Assembly (NCBI GenBank): GCA_053919585.1
Contig: CM132809.1
Origin: Euprymna scolopes
Lineage: Eukaryota
Length of the DNA: 64,000 nt
Direction: 5' to 3' (one strand)
A program made the position numbers and the translations under genes. The notes below the pieces were generated by a model. That model had not been told where the DNA came from and did no database searches. It saw nothing but the letters and a program-made list of their open reading frames with translations. This document shows positions 50,769-63,311 of this stretch, piece after piece. How positions within the stretch are numbered: position 1 is the stretch's first letter; each line of letters begins with the position of its first letter.

Positions 50769-50838
50769 TGTTGCTACACAATCATGAGCTTGTTTCGGTA
50801 TTCTAGAATATAGTTACTAGAGACCATTTCAGGCAACA
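50769..50838 (-). ncRNA. Type I hammerhead motif within an about 345-bp (TA)n-flanked unit (50742-51087)
   Basis: Perfect 6-bp stem I tgttgc/gcaaca; CTGAA-AT (G8 missing); stem II ggt-c-tctag/ctaga-at-acc; GAAA; 16-nt partly palindromic stem III centred on tcatga; GTA triplet. Confidence 0.7.
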
Positions 50839-52232
50839 GCGCTTATTTTCGAATACGGAATTCTGAATGAAACTTGCTCTACTTACGTATTGAACACTCT
50901 TAATTTACCTCGTTATATTTCATTATTATTAGTTTTCTTAGATTGTCGGTAACGAATAATCATACTTATACAATACCATTTATATAGATATGTAAAGAAA
51001 TTAATAGTTTTTATATTTTAATTTTATTCAGAAAAATATTTTTAAAAAAGATGTATTATTAAAACATAGAAAACAATTGAAAGTAAATTATATATATATA
51101 TATATATATGTGTGTGTGGGGGGGTGCGTGTGTGTATTCAATAATGTTAATCGAAATTCCAGCATATATTATTCCCGATATTAATTTTAAAACTTCAGTT
51201 AAATTAATTAGCAGTATTTTAAACTGCTGTACCGGCGATTATTTGAGTAACTAAAATACGTGAAAATTTTAAAATGAGATTTGAAACGAAAAAAATTGGC
51301 CTTGTAATCAATTTGTCTCCTATTTAAGTTAGAGGATCACAGCCACGGGGGGTGCGGCACATTAATCTGATGCAGAAGGATTACTGGTGTGCTGTGAAGA
51401 GGTAATCGTTAGAAATCATTTCATTCTATTTTCTACGAAGAGTGTTATTCTCTTAATAACGGTGAGACCAACCAATTTAAATTGCCGCATTTCCAGAATC
51501 TAAACGTTTTTCGCTTTCTGTGTAGTAAACCTTTTTTATAGTTTACATTAGTAAAGCAACCATACCATTGACTATCAATATTTTTTCAATGTATTGAGGA
51601 TCAGTTTTGGAACTGAATAATTCAGCACTTATATTGATGCCTACCTTTTTCTGAAAGATGTAAGGGACAAAATTACTTTCAAGCTAATCTAAGTTTATAC
51701 AGAAGGTATTAACTATGAAAAATAGTTATGTCAAGTGAGATAAGCAAACCTTTTGTGAAATTATATACGCACAATTTTCCTTTGATACATTTAGGATTTA
51801 TTTCATGGGCGTGTATCTAATCCTACATAAAAAATTACTAAAATCTTACTACAATTCTCATTTTCGAATGTATGTAAGCTGACATTTACTAAACTTAATC
51901 TCATAAAATAACGTAACACTTCACTTAAAAATAGAGAAGAATAATTAAAAAGATGTCTCTCTCACATTCACCCATATATTGCTGCATATATTAATTTATT
52001 TTAAATTCGCTTATGATTAAAAAAAAGTTATATTTGCGATAAGTGTGCAGCAAACAATACAAACAGTTTGGTGCTCTCCCGGAATCTCAAAATGATTGGG
52101 GCATTGCTTTTTTGCAATCTGAATCTCATACAAATGTTTGTAAAATATTTTTATTAGATTAACTTATTTTTATAAAGAAGCTTACGATTTTTAGACTAGG
52201 AACTTTACAGTACTTTTATATAATGGAGGGTA

Positions 52233-52281
<49 letters not shown>

Positions 52282-53573
52282 AATAGCGTTCGTGTGTGTG
52301 TGTTGTCGGTGTGTACAACTACCTATGATCAACGAAATATAAAGTGTCTATAGTGGGTGTACAGCTCTCCTGCTAAAGAAATATTAATGCCCATTGTAGG
52401 ATAGTTCTGTCATTTATTTTTATGTGTAATTCTAGATATAACATTCTTCACATCACATATCCATCGACTGAGTTATGGTTTTTAGCATATCATATTAAAT
52501 TAAATCATTGTAAATAATTAGCTCGATTATATTACTGATTCGACGTAATAGCCTCGTTCATCATATCTTATCGCAATAGGAATAAACCCATCGCATGGCG
52601 GTGCTTTTTGCCTCAAGTTCTTGGTTTTAGCAATGAGGACCCAATCAGCAGTTTTCCCTAAGGTGGTGCATCGTTTGTACCTCTCCACATAGACATAAAG
52701 GTGGGGTGTCTTGGCCCCACTTGTGGAGATTGTCTTTTGTTTTGCCTACTTTCGTTCTGGCTCTATTTAGAGTCACCCAGTTTTTTCTACCAAGGTTTGA
52801 ATCCTGGGGGAGTGTTTCATTTGGTTCTGGTAGGGCTTCATTTTTATTCCTGCTGTTATAGTCTCACCATCGTTCCATCCTATAGGAGGAAGCTTGCCTG
52901 AGATCGATTTTCTCTATATTGATGAAGCTACTCCGGGATTTTAGTCTTTGTCTCACTGATTGGTGGCCAAACAGTGAGCGCCTGTGGTCGTTAAGCTGTT
53001 CGCACCGTTCTATTCTAGTGATAACTTTTCGCCTGATATGTGGTGGTGGAATACCAGTTAGGCAGTATATAGCTGGCAAGGGAGTTGGTCTTAGGGCACC
53101 AGTTATGGTCCGGTATGTTGTTCACTTCTACATCAATTTTATGTGCATGGCATGATATTGTCCACACTGGGGCACAATACTCTGCTGTGGAAAGGCACAG
53201 TGCGAGATCTGTTTGCCTCAGTGTTTTGGGGTCGGCCCCCCAATTGCTGGTGGCAAGCTTACTGAGACGGCTGTTTCGTGATGGCAGCTGACCTTTCAAT
53301 TTGGTAATATGTTTTCTAAAAGAGCGTGTTCTATCCAGAGTAACCCCCAAGTAGACTGGGAAAGGTTCATGTGTAAGCATGTTGTCATTCTACATGACTC
53401 TTAGTCACCGATTTGTTTGGTGATTATTAAGATGAAAGGCGTAAACCTGGACTTATTTGGGGTTTGCATTAAGTACAACGTTTTGTAGTACCTAGAGAGA
53501 GTGGCTAGTGTATCACATAGTCTTTCTTCTATGATGTAAAAACTATTTGTCTGGGTGGCGATGCATAGGTCAT

Positions 53574-53615
<42 letters not shown>

Positions 53616-54002
53616 TAGCTGTACCCGGCCACGCGTTGCTGTGGCTCAGTGTGTTAAAATGGAACACATATGAAAGTAGAGAAAAGTTTGATTCTTTTTT
53701 TCAAGAGAATGTACAAATTATTGATTTTTTTTACAGATGTTTAGAAAATAAACAGAAAAATACTTCCATCATTAATTATGCAAAAAAATAAATAAAATGT
53801 TGATTTAGTGTTTCAATATGCTTATAAATTGCGATAAAACTTGCTGAGTATGCACTGTTTTACGGTTGTTGTAAAAATAGAACGGAAACTTAAATTTCGC
53901 TTCATTTTAATCTTTCTTAATTTTTTAATTGTGCCCCCCAAACGAATATAATCGAAACAGTAACATTCAACAAGTGTACTTTATGTATATAAAACACAAA
54001 AT

Positions 54003-54597
54003 GGGTGTGTGTTTACTGTACACATAGATTCGAAAAAGTTGTCAAAAAACAAATATATAACAAATAAATGTTATCAAAGGCAAGATAAGTTACTTTTTTG
54101 ACAAACTGGATATATTTTTTGTGTTTTTATTCAATGTAACATATTTATTCAGCTCGAAAAACATACAGTGTTTACCGATGTATTCGAAAATTCAAGATGG
54201 CGTATCACACCCTCTTTAACACTGAAAGTATGGAAAAAGGTGTTATAAATTAAAAAAAACTATACAAAATACTATTAAAAACCCGCCGAATATATATCAA
54301 CCTATGTCACGGTAACATATATTGAGCGAGTTTTTAACAGTATTTTATCCGGTTTTTTATTTATAACATCTTTTCCTACACTTACCGTGTTAAAGAGAGA
54401 ATCAGACGCCATCTTGAATGTTCCAATACATCATTAAACACTGTATGGTTTTCGAGCTGAATAAATATGTTACATTGAATAAAAACACGACAAATATATC
54501 CAGTTTGGTAGAAAAGTAACTTATCTTAACATTTATTTGTTATCTATTTCTTTTTGGACAACTTTTTCGAATCTATGTGTACAGTAATACACACCCC
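54003..54597. repeat. About 600-bp imperfect palindrome inside the Helitron
   Basis: About 54003-54295 pairs with about 54316-54597; a third partial arm copy lies at about 55921-56003. Confidence 0.9.
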
Positions 54598-54723
54598 ACA
54601 AAATATTAATTAATTTTTTTTTTAAGTTAATAACGAAAGGGAAATAATTCCATTTTTAAACGAAAAAGTCAGTTTACCTAACTTACTGTATTAATGCTAT
54701 TTTTTTAAGCAAGAAAAAAAAAA

Positions 54724-55331
54724 GGTAAATATCCAGATACGCTACTACAGAACACCGACTACTCTAATTTGTTTTTTTATAGGTAATTGAGGTCGCTGAC
54801 AACGAATCAGATAGTCAAACTTAGGGCAAATTTACCGTTTGCATCGTATTTACCCCTGGACCCACGACTTTCTTTCCACCATTTTGCAGCATCCGTTTAT
54901 GCTACGCGCATGCACGCTGTAGCATAAACGACGGCTTCACCAAGCAAACTATGTTGGGGGGATTTTTTTCAAGGACATAGAATTTTCTAATTTTCAAAAA
55001 TACATTATAGCGCTTTTTGGGCGGAAAATTTAAAATTAGCTGAAAAAGAAATAAAATAAGAAAAGGAAAGCACACCAACTTGGAGTAGGGGGGTAATTTA
55101 CCTGTTTTTTGTTTTACCTGGAACATCGAATTTTCAAATTTTCCGTAAGTAACGCACCGACATTTACCCATTAGAACACCATTTAACATTTTCCGAAGAT
55201 TTTACTTTGTACATTGGGGGCGCGAGCGGGGGGGTGGATGTGATGTTGACGCGCGCGCGCCCACACATCACATCCCCCCCAAACAAATTAGAGTGGTCGG
55301 TGTTCTGTAGTAGCGTATCTGGATATTTACC
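54724..55331. mobile_element. MITE with 51-bp TIRs (Merlin-like GG termini)
   Basis: 54724-54774 and 55281-55331 are inverted repeats with one mismatch; both flanks A-rich, so the TSD is unresolved. Confidence 0.85.
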
Positions 55332-56571
55332 AACAAAAATATTTAGGTTTGGCTATAAATTCCTAAACTCTTCACCCTAAATATTTTAGGTGACTGAAAT
55401 AGGAATCTAATTGAATCTTTAATTTCCTGAATAGTATCCGATAATTCATTTTTCTTTGAGTTACATCGAATACATTATTACGGACTTTAGGGGCTTTTTT
55501 CGTAATGTTACTGTAAAATTTTTTTTTTATTGTTACAAATTACGATGCTTTAAAAAAAAGCAAAAATAAATTCTTGCGTTTTTTTTTTACTACTGAAAAC
55601 CATAACTTTAGTAAAGGTATTTTTTGTTTAAACAAAATAAAACATTTTCACCAAGAGTTAAGTAAAAATGATTAGTTCATTATATTCTGCGATCATTATT
55701 TGAAAAATACTGCAATTTTCATTAAAATTCGTTAATTTCCTGATTTTTGGTGAATTTTTAAGTACAAGGCGGAATCAAAATGTGTATACACATTGAGCGT
55801 CGGCATACATTTTGCGACCAGGTGTGGTTAATTTAAATTAAAGTTCAATCACATGGTTACATTATCAATAAACCCATTGAACATTTACCGATATTGTAAA
55901 CACATTCTGTTTACATTAAATGTAACTTATCTTGCCTTTGATAACATTTATTTGTTATATATTGTTTTTTTGACAACTTTTTCGAATCTATGTGTACAGT
56001 AATAAAAACCTGTGTGCAGTAATGCAAACCCCTTCGGGGAGATTACATTGCCCCCCACCTAAAATGTACTTGGAAAAATCGATTTTATAGTGAAATTTAA
56101 GAATGGTTAGTCGAAAAAAAGGTGAAAAAAAACAAATAATCAATAAATAATTGTTACTAAAGGCAATAAATGCTACTTTTTTTTACTTACATGAATGAGT
56201 TTATTTTATGTTTTAAAGTATTTCCAAGCAATCTCATGCGGGTGTGTGGGTGCCAAATACCTCCCGATTTTCTAGACTTTCCCGCTAGATTGTAAACGAA
56301 ATCTCCAGATCTAGCAGGAAAACCGCTAAATTGTAACATTGTTCACGTGACAGGAAGCGGTAATAAATAATTGTCCCTAAATAAAAAATGGCCTCTCGAT
56401 ACAAAGAAATCCAGCTATTTATCATAGAAAAATTAAGTATAATGTTATAATTAAAAAGAAATATATAAAAACACACATGGATAAAGTAAACATATTATAC
56501 CAAAACGTGGAAACCATCCGCCCAGTAGTTTTTAGACAATTAACTCCGAACTAACCAACATTTCCATTGTA

Positions 56572-56622
<51 letters not shown>

Positions 56623-58444
56623 TTGTATATTTTGGTATTGTGGTAGGTCGTTAGTGTAGATATTGAATAGGGTTGGAGCCAGAACTGAACGTTGTGGGCG
56701 GCCATTGTTTTGGATCAACCATCTACTCTTTTTTCCATCCATCGCAACATGGGAACACCGATTACAAAGTAGACATTCAATTATGCTCACCAATGATGAA
56801 TTTTGTATCATTTGGGCTACTTTTAGTATGATTGCCCTATGGTTGACAGTGTCATAGGCTGCTGTAAGGTCTACAAACACAGTATCTGCTATTTTTTAGG
56901 TCTCAAATCCATCCTCAATGTATTGGGTCAGATTTAAATCTGGCTACAACATGACCGACCTTGTCTAAAGTCAGCTTGGACAGCTGAGTGTTGTTTTTCC
57001 ACTGTGTCTGTTATTCTGGCAAGTATCATGCGCTTATATAGTTTATAGAGAATGCACAGTAGGGAGATAGGTCGGTAGATCTTAGGTGATTTGAGGTCGT
57101 TTCAAGGTTTTAGAACGGCTACTACTCTTGCCTTTTTCCAGCAAGAAGTCAGAAGTAACATCGATATGACACACAATAGCAAAAAAAGCGTGGATAACTA
57201 TAAAAAAGGTAAACTCAGAAAAACATCCTCAGTCCCGAATTGCAGCCGTGACACACAACCAAGTAGACCATCAACTGCTACTGAATGGCAAACCGCAACA
57301 AAAAGAAAAAAGATAGAAAAAGAGAATGAAAGCAAAACTTAGCCACATCATGCAAAACAGCAATACCCATCTACAACCATTCTCACAAGCCGAAATATCG
57401 CAGCAATATCTTTACTAAAAAATGGAAAGGCATCGGGCCTTGATGGAATAACCACAGAGATGGTAACACACTTTGGAACAACTGTAAGAAGTGGTTACTG
57501 ACCTTAATAAATAACTGTGCGTCATCCCTCAAACTCCCTTAATAGCCTCGTTAATACTGTACTATTTAAAAATATAATTTAAAATGTAATTATTTAGTTT
57601 ATTTCCATTTCAATTTATATTTTATTTAATTTAAATTTACTTATTATTATCGTAAATCTGAAACCTTTTCATTTTCAAACCAGAAAACCAAGGTAAATAA
57701 CTGTGATAGTTTGAACACGTTATTAAATATTTTCTAGAATAGATTTTTTTTTTTTTCATTTCGAAATATGCTTCTAAGCTGAATTATTATTTTTATTTTT
57801 TATCCGGAGGTAATTTTCGCTTATTCTTAATTTTTAAGTAACCTTTTGGTACTCATGCACAGAGTGAACTCAGAGTCCACCTGGCATTCTCCGGAACATG
57901 GCGCCAACAGTCGGAATAAACTGAGCGTCGCGGAGGAAATTAAGCCGAGCGTCGCTGATGAAAGCTTAACAAAAAAAGAAAATCTACCTTTACTTTTAAA
58001 TGTTATTAATTGTAANNNNNNNNNNNNNNNNNNNNNNNNNNNNNNNNNNNNNNNNNNNNNNNNNNNNNNNNNNNNNNNNNNNNNNNNNNNNNNNNNNNNN
58101 NNNNNNNNNNNNNNNNNNNNNNNNNNNNNNNNNNNNNNNNNNNNNNNNNNNNNNNNNGATCCGTGCTAAGATAGTAACGTTATTATAAAAAATGCATTCT
58201 TTACATGGGGAGAGGAGGGTGTTTTGTACCTATTCTGTACTTTAACTTTACAATTGAATAAAAAAAACATATCATAAACTTTAATTAAACGTGGACACAC
58301 GATTTAAAAATAGCGTGGCTCACTCTCTGCAGTAGCACCACACATTTTTTAGATAAATAATGTTAAAGATTTTTTGGTCAACGTCAAGTTTCTTTCCAAC
58401 TCCTCAAACAACTTTAAGATGGCGACTTTTATACGTCTTCGGTT

Positions 58445-58868
58445 TTTTTTGTTTGTTTTTTTACAAGGTGGTCAACACTTATCAAGGCCTGGAAGCCACT
58501 CGGGGAAAATGGTTTTTGCGTGTATAGTACGTTAACGTTGAGATTTGATAAAGAGTCTACTTTAGGGGGCGGTTCATCAGGAATTTGTCTATTTTGGACT
58601 TGAAGACATCCAAGTTGTAGTCAAGTGGGAAACAGGCAGATGGAACAGAGTTCCACAAGCGTGCACTTCTAAGAAAGAAGCTTTGTTCATGGAATCTACG
58701 TTTTATTTTTGGCACAGATAAAGAGTGGGGAAAATTACTGACAGTGGTTTCAGCAAGACGGGTGTATTTCGTAAATTATGGGCGAGAGGGGACCAGGGAC
58801 TGGAGATCAGACGAGCACCTTCCATGGAAGTAACGATAAAACAAACGCTCGCAAAATCTCTCCTGTGG
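58445..58868 (-). mobile_element. CR1 3' fragment, same family as 33418-35335
   Basis: cacttatcaaggcctggaagccactc 3' UTR and ORF2 C-terminus match 33440-33835. Confidence 0.9.
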
Positions 58869-59251
58869 TGAAAAAAAAAACGAATATCACATTTACATTT
58901 GGGGCGTGATATAAAGAAATTACTTTTTTTAATGTGACGTAAAATGAGCGCCCACTTTCTGGCCACATAAAAATTTCTTCATATCATAAAACAAATGTAA
59001 CTGTGATTTTCGTTTTTAGCACCCCCGCAAACCGGCGCTGTTTTCTTTTTTTTTTAAATAAGAGATTCGTTCACTTTTTTTATGGGTTAGGACGCTAATA
59101 ATGCCGTCAGTAAGGTTACATGAGCGGTTTTTTTAGGCGAGTATCAGTTATAGAACTTGTATAGTTTTTAACAGCTGCTTCTCTAGTTGAATTAACCCTT
59201 TTTCCGTAAGTAACGTGCCGACATTAACCATTAAACTATTAAAACAGAATC

Positions 59252-62200
59252 TTTTTTTTACATAGGCAACACAACATTATCAAGGCCAAGAGACCACTCA
59301 AGGATAAGGGTTAAAGAGTGTACAGTAGAAATTGGACAATATAGTAATCAATAGTAATGAAAATTTGGTAAATTTGAAAATTATATGGAACGGCTCATCA
59401 AGAACTTATTTACGTTAGACTTGAAGACAACTATATTGTAGTCAGCCGAAAAGCAGGAAAACGGAAGACAATTCCACAGGCGGGCAGTTCTAAGAAAGAA
59501 GCTTTGTTTATGGAATCTACGTTTAGGTTTAGGCACAGATAAAGAGTGGGGGGAATTATTGATAGTGTTTACAGCTAGACGAGTGTTTCTTGTGAAAGTT
59601 TGGCGAGGGGAGACCATAGATTGAAGTTCAGTCGAACACTTTTCATGAAAATAACGATACATCAGAGACAAACTCGCAACATCTCTTCTGTGAGATAGAG
59701 GTTGCAAGGAAGAGAAAGGGACATCTACGAGGCTACGAAGTGTATTTTGAACTCTATCAAGGCAGGCCAAGTCCTTTCTATCAGCTCCTGCCCAGATGTG
59801 GCAACAGTATTCCATCCTTGGACGTACCTGGCTCTTATATAGATAGAGAATAGCATCAGCAGTGAGATATCTACCGGATCGATAGAAAGATCCCACCATT
59901 TTTCCAGTGGCCTTGGCAACAGATTTGATGTACGTTTTCCATTTAAGATCAGGAGTAATGGTCAAACCAAGAAACTTGTCAAAACTTGAGGCCTCCTGAA
60001 GACTAAAGCCATTCATTTCAATTGATGCCAGATGTGGATCAGAATGTTGATGATGTAAAGAGAGGAGCTTGGTTTCAGATGCATTAAAAGTAACCAGCTA
60101 CTCCTTCCCCCATTGTACTACGTGCTCAAGATCAGAGGAGAGAGAATTGGATAGAACTTGGTCGTTTACTGTCTTAGATGTGCTACCATAAATGGTAGTG
60201 TCGTCAGCATAGATGTCTACAAATGATGTAAGGATGTAATTTGGAAGATCATTTATGTAGATCAGGAAAAGAGTTGGGCCCAGGATCGACCCCTGAGGGA
60301 CACCGGCATTAATACTGTGAGTTTCTGATTTTTGCCCTTCAACTACTACTTTTATGAACCTATCAGAAAGAAATGATTTAATAATTGAGAAGACATTTCC
60401 AGCAATACCATAGCAAGAGATCTTATGAAGTAAACCTTTATGCCATACCCTATCACAGGCCTTAGATATGTCAAGAGCAATTGCCCTAGAAAGGTTGCCT
60501 CCGTCGAGAGATTTGCTAATCCTATGAGATATAAATGTAAGCACATCTGCTATAGATCTAGCAGAATTAAAACCACATTGAAAGTTATTTTTGTTGAGAA
60601 GGTTGATTACTTCTGTATTTAACACATATTCCAGCAACTTACTCATGACGCACAGGAGACTTATTGGCCTGTACTGAGAGGGGGATGAGCGATCACCTGA
60701 ATTCTTAAATACAGGGCATACTGATGAAATTTTCCAGGGAGATGGGAAACTGTTCTCCTTAAGACAACGTTTAAAAGTTTTGTAAATATAGTTGACGTTT
60801 TTTTTTAGTACTATAATTAGAATACCGTCAGGGCCAGTTGCTTTACTGGAATCAAGGTGTTTGATTAGCTTGGCAACATCACGTACATATATACGTATAT
60901 CACATAGCGTGTTTTCTGATACAGGAGGAATATTGGGGGTTGGCGGCCTGGATCGCAAAGGGTAGAATTAGCTGCAAAGTTCTTGACAACGAGTCTGGCT
61001 TTGTCTGATGCTGACGAGATTACCTCAGGTCCATTGATAATATTTGGGATGGAGCACACGCTTCTGTTCAGGATTCTGTTTGCAATTTGCCAAAACTGGT
61101 GGGAACCAAGCCGCTGCTCAGCTACTTTGGACTTAACAGATTGAGCATAAACTATCTTGCATTCTTTATTACTTTCTTACAATGGTTGCTGGCAGTCCTG
61201 AAAGCGGCTTTAGTTTTCATACATCTATTACGTTGGAAACAGTGGCAAAAGTGATTTCTGTGCGCAATGGCAGCAGCACATTCGGGAGAGAACCATGGTT
61301 GGCTGTTAGGTATTTGCTGAAACTTTTTCGAGAGTATGAAACGGTCAATACCTACAATTAACCATTCCGTCAGGTCTAATACTATAGAGGACACATCCTT
61401 TTTAAACATGGAATGCAGAGGTAGATCAGATATAAATGTACGGAAGCTATCCCAGTCAGCCTTAGTGTATCGATATACTGTACGATGGAGAGGTACGTCT
61501 GGGGACGTATTGCATTTCATTTTTAACTTAATTGATACAACAGAGTGGTCGGAAGAGCCAAGAGGCGACAGAAGAGAAACTGAACATAGTTCAGGGCAAG
61601 TTGTGAGAAAAAAGTTAGGCTCGCATACTGGCCGTCATTGTCGGGCAAACGGGTGATTTCCTGAACAATCTGAGTGAGGTCATAGGCAATGGAGAAATCA
61701 TGACACTCTCCCCTCATCATCGGTCTTGTAGGAGTGGGTCAACCATTCGACGTTGTGAACATTGAAGTCACCACATACATGAATGTTAGCTGAAGGATAA
61801 GCAGATAAGACTTGGTCAATTTTCTCAGATATGCTTTGAAAGATAGTAACTCCGTTGTTATGGGGGTGATAGAGAGTAAATATAAATGCCGTAGTGTGAG
61901 CTAAAGCAACCTGGAAGCACATATAGGGTAAGTTGGCATCTTCCCTGGAGATGCCCCTACTACATGGAAAGTTATCCCTAATATAGGCACATATTCCATG
62001 CCCATTGCGATCTTGGCGGACAGATTTAGAAGTTACGTTAGAGTATCCTTTAATTGCGAACTCTTCTAGGGAAATAGCTAGTCCAATGCAAGTTTCAATT
62101 AAAAATAAAAGGTCTGGTTTAGTCTCCTGTAATTGGGTTTAAACCTCTGGAAGGTTAGAACGTAGACCCCTTATGTTGGAGAAAGAGACATGGTTGTAGG

Positions 62201-62811
62201 GGTCTACGTTGGAAGTTGGAGAACCGGGTTTAATCGTGTATTTTTTCTTGAAACTTGTCATGATGAAATTTTGGAATTTGTGGACTAGGTCGTCAAATTT
62301 ACGTAGAACAGGACAGTGAGGGGAAACTAAGAGAGAAAAAGAAACAAAGAATTTGTTTTGTAGCTAATGATAAGGTAAAGCCGTAACAATTACCCACTAG
62401 TATGGCATCGAGAGGCCCCACCAGAAGCTACTGCATGGTCCAGAATCCATTCACCAAATGGCAATACAGCAGCCCCAGTATTTTGCACCTGCTGATAGGA
62501 CAGCCTCCTTAGTTGTTAATCCAAGGTTCGGGTCCCTGACTATCAGGCGGATAACATCAGCCCAGACAAAACGTTTACCTCCAGCACCCTTACTAGTGAC
62601 ATGGCTACAAGGATAGACATAGAAACAGAAAATTTCCGCCATCTCTGCCAACTGTTCGCGCAAAATACTGCCAACCTAGAAAACAGCTTTTTCTTCTCCC
62701 TTTGACAGAAAAATCACTCATTAAAAAATGAGGACTGAGGGACAAAGAAGAAGAAGCGAGAGTAACAGGAGCTGCCGATAACGTATCCACAATGCGTTTT
62801 CTACTCTCCAT
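59252..62811 (-). mobile_element. Near full-length CR1 LINE (APE endonuclease plus RT), frameshifted, no canonical ORF1
   Basis: ORF2 from about 62261: MTSFKKK...FSNIRGLRSN, LIET, CGDFNVHN, PLGSSDH, RT GVPQGSILGP / YADD, stop at 59381; poly(A) about 59252-59258; about 550-nt 5' leader. Confidence 0.93.
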
Positions 62812-63233
62812 TAAAAAAAAATATTAAGTATTCTACTTAATAAAAGTCCAACAGACGTGTTTTAGGAAAAGTATGGTGATAGATTCCCCTCTCACGAACT
62901 AAGAATGAGTACAAATTCGTAATCTATTTTTGCAATCAACTTGGTAGATAAATAAACATTTATGGACGAGAAAAAAGCTAGCATTTAATAAATCAGAAAT
63001 ACATAAATTAAATACTGAAATAAAATGGAGTTATTAATATTTCAATCTAAAAATAAAAAGTATGATTAAAATTGAAATCACTTATCTCAACAAAAACACG
63101 ACCGTCTCCAAAATGTAAACTTAAGTGAGGAATTTAAGTTAACAGCGTTCAAAAGATGTTTTTTTTAATTAACCGTTAAAAGAAAAGCGTGATTTTATTC
63201 TGAACTTTAGCTAGTCAGGTTTTAACAATCGTT

Positions 63234-63311
63234 TAATATTTCACGTAAATTCTGTTTACATTAGAGGGATCCACAGCCCCCTAATGTAAACAGATTTTTT
63301 GTGAAATATTT
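63234..63311. repeat. Imperfect hairpin with about 35-nt arms
   Basis: aatatttcac...tctgtttacattagaggg / ccccctaatgtaaacaga...gtgaaatatt. Confidence 0.85.

Larger units (their letters stand above)
53615..56575 (-). mobile_element. Non-autonomous Helitron inserted in the LINE RT
   Basis: Minus-strand 3' end gccacagcaacgcgtggc hairpin plus cgggtacagCTAG|t; the LINE frame resumes on both sides; 5' TC end not visible within (TA)n. Confidence 0.75.
52559..57539 (-). mobile_element. Vingi/Ingi-like LINE, 5'-truncated and 5'-inverted, 13-bp TSD, interrupted by a Helitron
   Basis: WKKARVVAVLKP, FVDLTAAYDTVNH, PQRSVLAPTLFNIYTND, YADD, YLGVTLDRT, WGADPKTLR...AEYCAPVW. TSD taatagcctcgtt at 52546-52558 and 57540-57552. 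Segment 57143-57539 is upstream ORF on the plus strand. Confidence 0.88.
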
